The notes under the pieces: model-generated | What the model was told of the DNA's origin: nothing | Database searches by the model: none | What the model saw: the letters and a program-made list of their open reading frames with translations, nothing else | Part shown: positions 29,968-40,490 of the stretch, piece after piece | Layout of the letters: every line of letters begins with the position of its first letter | Position numbering within the stretch: the first letter of the stretch is position 1 | DNA from: an uncultured Acidobacteriota bacterium | GTDB lineage: Bacteria > Acidobacteriota > Terriglobia > UBA7540 | Assembly (NCBI GenBank): GCA_963804995.1 | Contig: CAWDSK010000003.1 | Location: forward strand, 1,120,001-1,184,000 | Length of the DNA: 64,000 nt | Direction: 5' to 3' | Made by a program: the position numbers and the translations under genes

Positions 29968-32952
29968 CTATGTCTCGTCGGACTCCGTAAGGCGCATGCG
30001 GACGCGGTTCTTATAACCCGGCCCGATGCTAATGGGCTGCACGTAATTCCCCCAAGCCAGGTCAGGGTACCCCCACGAGTTGTTAATAAGAAACCGCACC
30101 TTCCCGTCCGGTAATACCTCGGCGCGCGCCGCCGCCGTGCCATCGGACTCCGCCCTGACGCGCAGGTCCGTTCCCGCCAGGATACATGAGGCGTGCCAGA
30201 TGTTCTCCTTGAGGCTGCGGAAATCATGGGTGCCACGCCCCCCGGGATCATCCGGTCCGTAGAGGAAGAAATCCTTGGAGTCTTCGGACCAGGGTCCAGA
30301 GGGAGTGCCACGGTAAGACTGTGCCGGGCCGCTCGGATCCTTCCTGGCTGTTCCCTGCGGGCGGCCGATGTGATCGGAAGGATAGGCTGACCACAAAGCT
30401 CTCCGATCCCACGCGAGCCGGTCGATTAAGCCGGTAAGCGTATAGGCGATTCCCACCTCACTCATGCCCTTGGGCTGGCCGTCGATGGCGTATTCCGTGG
30501 TGATCAGCCCCTCGCCATCAATCCTGATTTCAAACTCCACGCGCAGGACCTCTCCGCCCCCGCCGCGATCCATGTAGGCCCCCGATAGGTTGATCACTGC
30601 TGCTTCCGGGGATGCGGAGGAATGCATGCCGGTCAACCACCAAGTAGGCAGGGCATATGAACCGAGATTCAGGATTGGCCCGCTTTCAATGATCCGCTGG
30701 CCGCGGAATATTCCCGCAGTGATGAGCCCTGTCACCTTGCTAAAGGCGATCGCGAAATCTGAACCCTGCACTGTAAGGGATTGAGCATCTTCCGATATTT
30801 TCGGCGCGGGGCCTTTCTCGCCCGGGAAATTCTTCACGCGCCGGCCGATCGTCAGATTAAATTCATCGACCAGCAGCGCGCCCAGACGAAAAAACTTCAG
30901 ATTGAGAATCTCCCCGTCGTGCCAAGCCCGGGCGGGGAGCCTAATCATCCCTTCCGCGCCCGGAGCCAGATCGAAACCGTTCACTTCTCCTGAGGCGTTC
31001 CCCACCGTCCAGACGATTTTGATTTCTCTGAGATGCGTGTGGCTAAACCAGTTTTTTATAGGAATCTCGAGCGGCTGCCCAGCCTCCGGTGCGCGCAAGC
31101 TTTCTCCATCCGCAATGCGCACCGGCGAATAAGCCTTCTTGGTCAGCCAATACTCGGGCTTCGGCCTGCGCCAACCATCCACAATTCCCCACTCGCCATA
31201 GCCCACGGGCCCTCTCGGCAGCATAAAGACTTCTTCAAACCCAGCCCAGATGGCTCCGCCCAGGCAGCCGTCAGCCGTGTAACAGTTTTCCCAAAATCGC
31301 TTGATGCTCTGACCGTAGAAGTTTCTGACCCCCGGATCACGCTTCAAGGTTTCGTGGTTGTAACAGGAAATGTGCGCGTATTCATCGTTGAGTTTGGGGA
31401 AGTCTTTACTGCTCAGGTCTGCGTCAAACTGCGGATAGTGTTCGCTCCAGAGGTCGTAGCCCTTGACACCGGGAGGAACGGTCTCGGGGTAACTGAAGAT
31501 AAGTGGGCGCGAGGTGTCCTCCTGCCGTGCATAGTCATATTCTTTTTGGAAGTTCGTCCCCCATTTGCTTTCGTTTCCCAACGACCAGAAAATGACGGAG
31601 GGATGACTCCTGTCCCGCTCGATCATTTCCGCGAATTGGTTCATGTACCGGGAGGTAAATTCCGGATCTGACTCAGTTCCTCCGCCTGAGACCGCCCAGT
31701 GCGCGCTTACGAAGCACACCGCGGACTCTTCTTCCACATAGATTCCATGCCGGTCGCAGGCCTCAAGAAAACTCTCCGTGGGAGGATAGTGCGAGGTCCG
31801 CACAAAATTGATGTTGGCATCGCGCAGCAGAACCGCATCCTTCTCATCCTGTTCAGGATTGGTTACCCTTCCCCCCGTGGGGTGCGTATCATGCCGGCAC
31901 ACGCCGCGCAGCTTCACCGGGTCCCCGTTGACGTACAGCTTATTGTTTCGCCGCTCAACCTTGCGGAACCCCACTTTCTTTTCCAACTTCTCCACGGTGG
32001 ACTTTTGAACAATCAACTCCGCTCCCAGCGTGTAGAGGTTCGGATGTTCGGCATCCCATTTCAGGGGCGAATTGACGGGAATTTCGAGCGAGGCTTCCAG
32101 CCCATCAGGGGGAAAGGCCAACGAACTCGGGGTTAACGGAATGTTCTTCCCGGCGGGGTCGGTCAAATGCAGGTTCAGCTTGACGTCGTGACCGCCCCGG
32201 GTCACGGCGCTTGCCATAACCATCAAGCGTGCATCTTTGAAGGACGCATCGAAGTCCGTTTCAATGTGCAAGCGCGCCACGTGAACGGCAGGAAGAACCA
32301 TCAGCTCCACACCGCGCAGGATCCCCCCGATATAGTGCTTGGCATAATTGCTGGCGTAAGAAATGTCGTCGGCGCGATCGGTTACGCCGACGGTGATCCA
32401 GGCGGTTTCACCGGGCGTTACGTGTTCAGTGATATCGCAATCCCACGAGGTGAAACCGCCATGGTGCTCCCTCACAAACTTCCCGTTCACCCACACCCGG
32501 GCATAGCTGTAAACGCCGTCAAATCGCAGCAGAACCTTTTTGCCAGTTGTCTCGGCGGGAATCTCGACGGCGCGCTTATAGGCGCATTCGCTGTCCCTCG
32601 CGAACTCGATTCCTTGCGCGGTGATTTCGCCCGGAACCGTGATGTCGATCCAGCCTTTAGGATCGACCCTATTCGCCCAGAACTCCGCAGGAGGGGAGGT
32701 GGTAAATCTCCAGGTCCCTGCCAAGTCAACGATGGGTCGCGCCAGGCCCGCCACCTCACTTGGCAGCGGCACTAGCGCGGGTCTGGGCCAGATTCTGCCG
32801 GCCTGCGCATCACCTTGAATGGCCAATGCCACCACATCGGTGAGCGAGGCTCTGCTGTTCAATGTTCCCAGAATCTCACCGCCATCGATTGCCCAAGCTG
32901 AAGAAATGGCCGAAGTGCCCAGGGTCTTCACGAACCTTCGTCGATTCATCAT
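29968..32952 (-). CDS. Glycoside hydrolase family 2 (beta-galactosidase-like), Tat
   Basis: NRRRFV, LRFDGVYS, GVCRHD, NFVRTSHYP, RDRSHPSVIFWSLGNE, DEYAH. Confidence 0.93.
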   Translation of the reverse strand: MMNRRRFVKTLGTSAISSAWAIDGGEILGTLNSRASLTDVVALAIQGDAQAGRIWPRPALVPLPSEVAGLARPIVDLAGTWRFTTSPPAEFWANRVDPKGWIDITVPGEITAQGIEFARDSECAYKRAVEIPAETTGKKVLLRFDGVYSYARVWVNGKFVREHHGGFTSWDCDITEHVTPGETAWITVGVTDRADDISYASNYAKHYIGGILRGVELMVLPAVHVARLHIETDFDASFKDARLMVMASAVTRGGHDVKLNLHLTDPAGKNIPLTPSSLAFPPDGLEASLEIPVNSPLKWDAEHPNLYTLGAELIVQKSTVEKLEKKVGFRKVERRNNKLYVNGDPVKLRGVCRHDTHPTGGRVTNPEQDEKDAVLLRDANINFVRTSHYPPTESFLEACDRHGIYVEEESAVCFVSAHWAVSGGGTESDPEFTSRYMNQFAEMIERDRSHPSVIFWSLGNESKWGTNFQKEYDYARQEDTSRPLIFSYPETVPPGVKGYDLWSEHYPQFDADLSSKDFPKLNDEYAHISCYNHETLKRDPGVRNFYGQSIKRFWENCYTADGCLGGAIWAGFEEVFMLPRGPVGYGEWGIVDGWRRPKPEYWLTKKAYSPVRIADGESLRAPEAGQPLEIPIKNWFSHTHLREIKIVWTVGNASGEVNGFDLAPGAEGMIRLPARAWHDGEILNLKFFRLGALLVDEFNLTIGRRVKNFPGEKGPAPKISEDAQSLTVQGSDFAIAFSKVTGLITAGIFRGQRIIESGPILNLGSYALPTWWLTGMHSSASPEAAVINLSGAYMDRGGGGEVLRVEFEIRIDGEGLITTEYAIDGQPKGMSEVGIAYTLTGLIDRLAWDRRALWSAYPSDHIGRPQGTARKDPSGPAQSYRGTPSGPWSEDSKDFFLYGPDDPGGRGTHDFRSLKENIWHASCILAGTDLRVRAESDGTAAARAEVLPDGKVRFLINNSWGYPDLAWGNYVQPISIGPGYKNRVRMRLTESDET

Positions 32953-33266
32953 CGCCAATCTCCTTCGACACAAGTGTGGCAAGAAGGTGGCAAGTGTAGC
33001 GCGGACCCGTCCTGCGGTTCTTAGTAAGGACCTTTTCACGACGGAACCGCAAGCGAAATGTCATGGGCTCAAAACGCCTGAAGATGGGGAAATTGGTGGG
33101 ACGTCGCTCGCTATGCCCCGCGGAGAGCAACTTCTGGGACAGTTCTGCCTGACAAAAGTCACGTCATTTTGTCCGATTGCCGAAGAGCATACTGGCAACC
33201 ACATTAAGTTGAACTCACTGCGCCGCTCTGACATAATGTCGCACGGCAACCCGAACAACAATTTCG

Positions 33267-34050
33267 ATGGCGGACAATCAGAAAACCTACGATGCGGTGA
33301 TTGTCGGTTCCGGCGCGAGCGGCGGCTGGGTCGCGAAGGAACTCTGCGAGCAGGGCATGACGGTGCTCATGCTCGAAGCGGGCCCGCCGCGGGTGCCCAC
33401 CCGCGACTTCACGGAGCACATCTGGCCGTACCAGGTCAAATATCGCGGCTTCAGCAATCAGCAAGCCCTCCTCAAAAATCAGCCTATTCAGCGGCTATCG
33501 CTTTGATGGCGACGGCAGCCAGGAACTTTACGCGCACGCCTTCGGCCTGGCGGGGTTTGGCTCCGACTGGCGCCGCCGGGTGCGCTCAGAAATTCCGTAC
33601 TATTTCGGAATCACCGCGCAGGGTGAGTGCCTGCCGCGCTATGACAACTACGTCACGCTCGATCCGGAGAAGAAAGACGCCTGGGGGATTCCCGCCCTGC
33701 ACATTGTCGCGAGCCACGGCGAAAACGAGCACGCCATGGCCAAAGCAATGCGCCACAACGTCATGGAAATCCTCAACGCCATGAAGGTTGAAACCCCACG
33801 CCCGCCCGGCGAGGGCTTGAAGGTTTTTGGCAAGAATATTCATGAGTGCGGTACGGCTCGCATGGGGAACGATCCAAAGAAAAGCGTGGTCAACGGCTTT
33901 TGCCAACTCCACGACGCGAAGAATGTCTTCGTGACCGATGGCGCGGTGTTTGTGACCCAGGGTTGCTACGAGCCGACGCTCACCATCATGGCGATTTCCG
34001 CGCGCGCCGGCGACTATATTGCCGATGAGTTCCGCAAGGGGAATTTGTGA
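33267..34050 (+). pseudogene. GMC family oxidoreductase with a large internal deletion
   Basis: N-terminal GSGASGG FAD motif (79-aa ORF) joined out of frame at GCGGCT (about 33491) to the C-terminal part GYRFDG...HECGTARMG..NVFVTDG..PTLTIMA. The central domain is missing. Confidence 0.85.
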
Positions 34051-34402
34051 GGGGTGGGAAGGGCACGCATGGCGTGCCCCAAAGCCCTACGCACGGGCAA
34101 TCATAGCCCTCTCCCTTGGGGAGAGGGTGGCGCACTGCCGGCGCTTTCACCAGCCGGAGTGCGTCGGGTGAGGGGTTACTTCCGGCATGCAATTGACCAG
34201 TATCCGCTTATGGCTGACTCGTAAACGGAAGAACGCTGCATAAGATGATTACATGCGATTTCCCGGCGTAGGCTTGTTGCGGATCTCAAGCGGGTTGACA
34301 CTGCATGGTCCTGCTTCAGGCGGTGCGAAGGTCAGGAAGTACCCCCTCACCCGTCCCGCCCCGGCTGGTGAGAACGCCGGCGGCGGTCCACCCTCTCCCC
34401 TG

Positions 34403-36098
34403 GAGCTTGTGACTTTTTGGGTCACCAGTGAGGGGGGATGGGTGGGGGGAGGAGGCAGAAAATCGGGAGCGGAGGTACGGAGAGAGAAAAAAGCTGGCGG
34501 TTGGGTCGGTACTTGTATTAATATAAATGTTATGGACAACGTTTTACATTCAGATGATTTTAAATTAGGAATGGAACCGGCGGTAGGTCAGGAAGCGGAA
34601 GGAAAGGAAGAGAAGGGCGCGAAGGGGGCAGCAGAGCGGCGCGGGGCGGTGCGTTTGCGCCGGCCGGAGCGCCAGCAGATGGCCTGGGTGGCGCAATGTC
34701 CGGACGATCTGGTGGGGCCGGGGCACGGGGTGCGGCGGGTGGCGGAGCGCTTGGACTTAGCGGCGTTCCGCCTGCCGATCAAGGCGCGGGAAGGAGGGGC
34801 TGGACGGGACGCGACCGATCCCCAGCTTTTAGTGTCGCTGTGGTTATACGCCTGTGTGCGGGGCATCGGTGCGGCGCGCGAACTGGCGCGGCAGTGCCAG
34901 GAGCATGCGGCCTTTCGCTGGCTGTGCGGAGGGGTGACGGTGAACCACCGTTTGCTGTCGGACTTTCGCACCGATCACGCCGAGGCCTTGGACACCCTGT
35001 TCACGCAAGTGATCGCTGCTCTGGTGGATAAAGGAGTGGTGAAGGTCAGCCGCATCAGCCAGGACGGAATGCGGGTGCGGGTGGGGGCGGGGAAGAAGAG
35101 TTTTCGGCGGGAAAGGCGGCTGGAGGAACTGCTGGGGGAAGCGGAACGGCACGTGGCGGAGTTGAGACGGCAACTGGAGTCGCCGGAAGGAGCGGGGCTG
35201 AGCGCGCGGCAAGCGGCGGCGCGGAAGCGGGCGGCGCAGGAGCGGCAGAAACGCCTGCAGGAGGCGATTGCGCAACTGCCGGAGCTGCAACGCCGGCACA
35301 CCGCAAGGGTAAAGCGGACGGGGGGAAAACGGGGCCAGGAGATTGCGGCGCAGCCTCCGCGGGTGAGCACGACGGATGCGGAAGCGCGCATCATGAAGAT
35401 GCCCAACGGGGGCTACGACCCGGCGGTGAATGTGCAGTTGGCGGCGGACCCGGAGAGCCGCGCCATTGTGGGGGTGGAGGTGAGCGCGGAAGGTTCGGAC
35501 TCGGGAGGACTGAGCGCGCCGCTGCGGGAACAGGTGGAACAGCGCACGGGCGGGAAGGTGGAAGAGCACTTGTTGGACGGCGGGTACCTGCGCAAGGAAG
35601 ACTTGGAAGCGGCACACGCGCAGGGCGTGGCGCTGTTCATCCCGCCGCACACGGCGCAAAATCGTCAGAAGCGGGGGAAGGAACTGGAGCCCCAGAAGGG
35701 CGACAGCGAGGCCGTACGAGAGTGGAAGCAACGCATGAAAAGTGAGGAGGGAAAGAAAATCTATCAGCAGAGAGCGGCGACGAGTGAAACCGTCAACGCC
35801 GACTTGCGCACCTATCGCGGTTTGGGCCGCATCCTGGTGCGCGGGCTGGCCAAGGCACGCTGCGTGGCACTGTGGTGCGCCCTGGCTTACAACGTGATGC
35901 ACTTCGCGCCCCTGTTGCTGGGCTAACCAAGCCCTGCCCAGCCGTACCGGGCACGGGTGTAGGGCGGATTCCCCCGGTACTCCTTGCCGCGCGGCACCGC
36001 TCCACCGGCCAAGGGGAGCCCTCTCGCGCACTTCCCAAGCTGCCCACTACCTGACCCGCCCCACCGCGTAACGGTGGCTTCGAAAAAGTCACAAGCTC
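34403..36098 (+). mobile_element. IS1182-family insertion sequence
   Basis: TIRs GAGCTTGTGACTTTTT / AAAAAGTCACAAGCTC; CTG direct repeat; inserted at the apex of CCCTCTCCCC-T-GGGGAGAGGG. Confidence 0.88.
34571..35926 (+). CDS. IS1182-family DDE transposase
   Basis: DPQLLVSLWLY..G..AREL..C....FRWLCG...NHRLLSDFR (DUF772-like), QDG, STTDAEARIMK, DGGY, YQQRAATSE. Start codon is uncertain. Confidence 0.9.
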   Translation: MEPAVGQEAEGKEEKGAKGAAERRGAVRLRRPERQQMAWVAQCPDDLVGPGHGVRRVAERLDLAAFRLPIKAREGGAGRDATDPQLLVSLWLYACVRGIGAARELARQCQEHAAFRWLCGGVTVNHRLLSDFRTDHAEALDTLFTQVIAALVDKGVVKVSRISQDGMRVRVGAGKKSFRRERRLEELLGEAERHVAELRRQLESPEGAGLSARQAAARKRAAQERQKRLQEAIAQLPELQRRHTARVKRTGGKRGQEIAAQPPRVSTTDAEARIMKMPNGGYDPAVNVQLAADPESRAIVGVEVSAEGSDSGGLSAPLREQVEQRTGGKVEEHLLDGGYLRKEDLEAAHAQGVALFIPPHTAQNRQKRGKELEPQKGDSEAVREWKQRMKSEEGKKIYQQRAATSETVNADLRTYRGLGRILVRGLAKARCVALWCALAYNVMHFAPLLLG

Positions 36099-36248
36099 CT
36101 GGGGAGAGGGCTAGGTTAACTTTTATCGGCCGCCGGCCTGGTTCAAACCGGGGGCCGATTCTGACCCTGAGCCCTGGAGAAGTGTAATACCAAGAACGGG
36201 CACGCCATAGCGTGCCCCTACATCCGGCCCGTGCGGGCCGCCAGCGGC

Positions 36249-36384
36249 GTAGCGCAGACCTCCGGGGTTGAGGTCTGCGGTTCTTCGTCTGCCCGCTGAG
36301 CGAACGTAGCCACCCGTATGTTGAGGTTTTTCGAATTTCGCAGACCAAGAGCCGCGGACCCCAAAAACGGGGGACCGCGCTACG
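36249..36384. repeat. Inverted GTAG REP pair (REPIN-like)
   Basis: GTAGCGCAGACCTC..GAGGTCTGCGG and CCGCGGACCCC..GGGGACCGCGCTAC. Confidence 0.7.
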
Positions 36385-36403
36385 CTGCTTGCTAATGGGG
36401 TCA

Positions 36404-37274
36404 ATGGACGACACGAAAAACAAATCCGGCGAGGGCAAGAGCGACAATGCACTCACCCGCCGCGAGTGGCTGCTGAGTCTGGGCAGCGCCGTAGTGCTGG
36501 CGGGGTATAGCGGCGCGCCGGGCGCCACCGCAGCGCAGGCGCCCGCCCCCGGCACGGGCCCGCTGCCACCAGGGCTCTATGTTCCCTCCCTCGATCATCT
36601 GACGCACGCGCTGACCAGCGACGATCCTTTTCATCCCATCCCGCCCGGCGCCGAAACCGAATACGTTCGCCCTCGCTCGGAGCCTTTCGTCCCGCAGGCG
36701 TTTGCGCACGAAGAATTCCCGGTAATTCGCAGGCTGGTGGAAATTATCCTGGGGGAAGACTTGAAGGACTCGGAAGAAAAACCCTTGCCCGGTGCGCCCG
36801 CGAGCATTTACGACGAAGTCGCCGAGTGGATTGACTTGGTCGTGGCAAGCGCGCCCACTGTACGTGCCCAAGCCCTGAATCTTCCAGCGGATCAGCGCGC
36901 AGTGGCCGCCGGCTTTTTCGGCAGCGAGGAGCCGCTGCGCGAGCTCGAAGACATTTGAGCCTGAAAAGGTCTGCCGCGATGGACTGGCGTGGCTCAGTGA
37001 AGAATCGCGGCGGCGGTTCGCGAAGAGTTTTCTGGATGCTGCCCCCGCCGAACAGGTCGAACTCGTAAGCTCGGTAAGCGACGCGCGCGCGGATAAGGGA
37101 ACGGAGAACGCCGGCACAAATTTTTACGATTTTCTTAAGGCGGAATCGATCAGAGGTTTCTACACCTCGCGCCGCGGCCTCGAAGAGCTCGATTACAAAG
37201 GGAACTCTTTTTACGCTGAGTCCCCCGGTTGCGCCCTTACGCCGCATCCCTTGACAACCCTGAACAAGCCTTAA
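36404..37274 (+). CDS. Gluconate 2-dehydrogenase subunit 3-like protein (Tat); +1 frameshift near 36949
   Basis: TRREWL Tat motif; after the frameshift the frame reads GLAWL..ESRRRF..F...FYDFLK...GFYTS..G..ELDYKGN..PGC. Typical partner of the upstream GMC gene. Confidence 0.78.
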
Positions 37275-37310
37275 TAACCTGAAACGATCCGCTACAACAT
37301 GCCGCAAGGG

Positions 37311-37607
37311 GTAGCGCAGTAATTTGATAAACATGCGCTGTAACATCATATCGGCGATCATAATGCATCTGAGGAAGAGCCGCAGAGTCTCGAAGAGCGC
37401 GAGACTCTGCGCTACCCTCGATTGGTCACGTGAGGATGAATTTGCCTAGACGGAGACAGGTGGGAAAGATGGGGTAGCGCATCAGAGTGTGGCTCTTTCA
37501 CACTCTGCGGCTCTTAGTTTGATATACATGGGATGTAACGGTGTGCTGGTGAGGGCGGGAGAACTGAAGAAGGGCCGCAGAGTCTCAAAGAGCGTGAGAC
37601 TCTACCT
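37311..37607. repeat. Two degenerate REPIN-like units of the GTAGCGCAGAGTCT family
   Basis: Share arms and the TGATA(A/T)ACAT motif with 16303-16745. Confidence 0.7.
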
Positions 37608-37666
37608 GCTACAGGCGGAAGGCGGTAGCTGCTGCGACCGCACTCCATGGTGCTGCACGCCGCGCC

Positions 37667-38650
37667 TCAGTGGCAGGTCCCCTGACCGGAATCGGTAAAG
37701 GTGGCGCCCGCCACCGGGATGAACTGCCACTCATAGCCTTTGGGGTGTAAGGTGAGTTTGAGGACGCCAAATGTACCGGAATTACGGACTTCGCTGTTGG
37801 GTTTGGGAGAACCGAAGCCCCGCTGGTGCCGCCCCCCTGTGCCCACCACAAACTCACGAATCCCCCGCGCCGGGTCGGGCCTGGCGTCAGGATCTTGCGG
37901 GGCGAAGCGTTCGTAGTCATGATCGTGCCCGCTGATGACGATCTCAGCGCCGGCGTTGTACAAATCCTGCCAAAAGACCTTCATCTCCGGGTCATTCCCA
38001 TGGGTCGCACCGGAACTGAACAAGGGGTGATGCCAGTAAGCCAGGGTGCACGCGGCGGGGTGTGCGGCCAAGTCCTGACGCAGCCACACCTCTTCCGGCG
38101 AGCCCGCGCCGCAACCGCCGATATCCGAGCAATCGCTGTTGAGAGATAGGATGTGCCACCCGGCCAGTTCGTAACTGTAGTAACCCTTCCCAGGTTCGCC
38201 CGCCGCCGCGCCGAAATACTTGAAGTAGGGCCCCGCGCCCTTGGTGTGATACTCGTGATTGCCGGGAGCCGGCCGGGTGCGATCCCGGAATTGACCCCAG
38301 GTTGGCGCATAGCATTGCAGGAAGTTTTCGTCGGTCCCGTCGGGGCAACCAGTATCGCCCGCCGCGAAAATCGTCCCGGGGATGTTGGCAAGCAGCGCCG
38401 CCGTGGCTTTCGCTCCCTCGAGGTCACTACAATCAGCGATGTCGCCTGCCCCTACCAAGACGTTGTCACCTTCGGGCCCCGGGAGCATGGCTGGGGTATT
38501 TGACCGCACCGCGGAAGGGGGAATGGGTTCCGCGCCGGCAGCCAGCAGAACACGCACTCCAGGCGCGACAAGGTTCGGAAGGATGGCAGCCGCCGCAACC
38601 GCCAGAAGGAGTGCAGCGCCGGCACCAGCAATCATGAGTTTTCTGTTCAC
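37667..38650 (-). CDS. Calcineurin-like metallophosphoesterase, exported
   Basis: GAGDIA, AGD, PGNHEY, WHHP, SGHDHDYER. Confidence 0.9.
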   Translation of the reverse strand: MNRKLMIAGAGAALLLAVAAAAILPNLVAPGVRVLLAAGAEPIPPSAVRSNTPAMLPGPEGDNVLVGAGDIADCSDLEGAKATAALLANIPGTIFAAGDTGCPDGTDENFLQCYAPTWGQFRDRTRPAPGNHEYHTKGAGPYFKYFGAAAGEPGKGYYSYELAGWHILSLNSDCSDIGGCGAGSPEEVWLRQDLAAHPAACTLAYWHHPLFSSGATHGNDPEMKVFWQDLYNAGAEIVISGHDHDYERFAPQDPDARPDPARGIREFVVGTGGRHQRGFGSPKPNSEVRNSGTFGVLKLTLHPKGYEWQFIPVAGATFTDSGQGTCH

Positions 38651-38723
38651 ACTTATTCTCCTTGTGGTCGCACGAGTCAATTCCGATTCGGAATGCGAAG
38701 GGGGAGTTAAGCCCCCACCCTCC

Positions 38724-38845
38724 TCTAGTGTCCTGAGTCAGAAGTTCGCTGATGATTCGAGAACCCCCTCACCCGTCCCGCCCCGGCTGGTGAAAACGCC
38801 GGTTGCGGTCCACCCTCTCCCCCAGAGGGGCGAGGGCTATGAATT
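38724..38845 (+). repeat. One-ended copy of the 2760-2984 MITE
   Basis: CTAGTGTCCTGAGTCAGAAGTTCGCTGA followed by the same hairpin cassette. Confidence 0.7.
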
Positions 38846-38877
38846 CATATCAACCGCCCGCGCTGCCGGCTGGATTT

Positions 38878-39933
38878 CTATTCGCCATAAACCATGACGT
38901 GAAACGATCCCGGAACGGCCGTCCTTTGTGGACGGGGATGGTCCGGTGTCGGAGCCGCAGCCGGAGCAAAATCCACGGTGTCCAGAAAGAGGTTGTGTGT
39001 CTTGGTATCGAGTCCCATGGTTTTGGCCCCGAACTCAGTCTTGACGGTTTCCACCTCGCTGAATTTGTCGGGCGAGTCTTCGTGGAATATGTGGACCATG
39101 CCTTCGCGGGTGGAAGCAAACACATTGCCGGTTCCAGGGTCATAAGCGGCGGCATCCACGCCCCCTGAGATGGGGAAAGACTGGATAACCTTGCCCGTGT
39201 CGGAATCCATCACCACGAGCATCTGCGGTTTACGGCCGGCGCTGAATAGCCGGTGATGCTTAATATCGATGGCGAGTGCCGTGGGCGCGCCGGCGGGGGC
39301 GACCGGCCAGCGCGACTTGATCGTGAGGGCGTGGGAATCAAGGGCGACGAGCTCGCTGGTGTCCTCCATATTTACATAAACGGTTCCTTTGCCATCGGCC
39401 ACGGCAAATTCCGGCCCCCCGCCCAGCTCGATGGTCCCCACCACGGCGCCGCTCTTGGCATCGATCACGGTGGAGGTGTGCGGGTGTCCATTCATGGCGA
39501 AGACGCGCTTAGAGGCAGGATCGTAAACTACGCTATCGGCGTCCTCGTCGGCTTTTGCCTCACCGATCACTTGGAGAGTCTTCAGATCAAAAATAATGAC
39601 CTTTCCCTGGCCTCCGTCCGTGATGAACCCGCGGCCGAATTCGGCGGCAATAGCAACTCCGTGGTCCTGTTTCAAGCCCGTGATGTTGGCGATGAGGTCG
39701 CCGCTATCAGCGTCGAGGACTTTAATCTCCGTGCCATGCGACACGTAAACGCGGCGCGCCGAGGAGTCGACCGTAATGTAGTCAAAATACTCCCGGGTAC
39801 TACCCTCGGCAGCACCGAAAGGATACCTCTTTAACTGATGGTAGTTGGCGGCGGCAAGTGCAAACGCAGAGACGCCGAGCAGAATTAGAATTACGCCGGT
39901 GGCGAGACGTCCGTGACCAGATGACAGCTTCAT
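38878..39933 (-). CDS. YncE/YVTN-like beta-propeller secreted protein
   Basis: Signal peptide; FDYITVD..RRVYVSHG; repeated V.D blades; GAKTMGLD. Confidence 0.85.
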   Translation of the reverse strand: MKLSSGHGRLATGVILILLGVSAFALAAANYHQLKRYPFGAAEGSTREYFDYITVDSSARRVYVSHGTEIKVLDADSGDLIANITGLKQDHGVAIAAEFGRGFITDGGQGKVIIFDLKTLQVIGEAKADEDADSVVYDPASKRVFAMNGHPHTSTVIDAKSGAVVGTIELGGGPEFAVADGKGTVYVNMEDTSELVALDSHALTIKSRWPVAPAGAPTALAIDIKHHRLFSAGRKPQMLVVMDSDTGKVIQSFPISGGVDAAAYDPGTGNVFASTREGMVHIFHEDSPDKFSEVETVKTEFGAKTMGLDTKTHNLFLDTVDFAPAAAPTPDHPRPQRTAVPGSFHVMVYGE

Positions 39934-40169
39934 TGGAAGTCCTCCGATATGGGGCCGCCGTCGAGGCAGCCTAATTATTCCCTGGTGGGTCCACATTATA
40001 AGCCCATTCGGTAGCATCCACGCCCGCTTACGCGCCGACAAGGGCCGGGCAGCAACTGCGCGAATTGGTAATTTCGACATCAGGGTGCTTCTCCAATGCT
40101 TAGCGCACCCTGGTGATAAGGCCGGCGAGTACGGATCAACTCGTGTGGTGCGTCGCGAGTACTGGTAGC

Positions 40170-40420
40170 GCCGGCCTGATGGTTTTTGAATTCCTGGAAT
40201 TCTCAAACGCCCAAGTGACCCCTCACCCGTCCCGCCTCCCGATAGAATGCATCGGGACGGCGGTCCACCCTCTCCCCTCGGAGAGGGCCAGGCACCGTAA
40301 ATCCCAGCCTTCTCCCAGGGGAGAAGGTGGCCGACGTAGGAGGTCGGATGAGGGGTTACTTCCACGCGCAGGGCGTCGGAACAATTTACAACTTATAAAT
40401 TCAAAAACCATTAGGCCGGC
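40170..40420. mobile_element. MITE with ATGGTTTTTGAATT TIRs enclosing hairpins
   Basis: GCCGGCCTGATGGTTTTTGAATT ... AATTCAAAAACCATTAGGCCGGC; relatives at 45133-45164 and 54742-54890. Confidence 0.7.
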
Positions 40421-40490
40421 ATGTGCTGACCTCAAGGTCCGCGCTACACGCCGGCGCGCGAGGGTGTGGTGAGCGCCCACCTCCCAACTA

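Noticed and set aside
34844..36031. 395-aa minus-strand ORF in the IS and similar long antisense ORFs (21470-22786, 52591-53703, 61242-62189)
   Set aside because: Shadow frames of well-supported genes in GC-rich DNA.
39934..40365. Long N-terminal extensions in the ORF track (also 49006-49239, 34253-34570, 12025-12201)
   Set aside because: They run through repeat or intergenic DNA; downstream starts with an RBS or signal peptide fit better.
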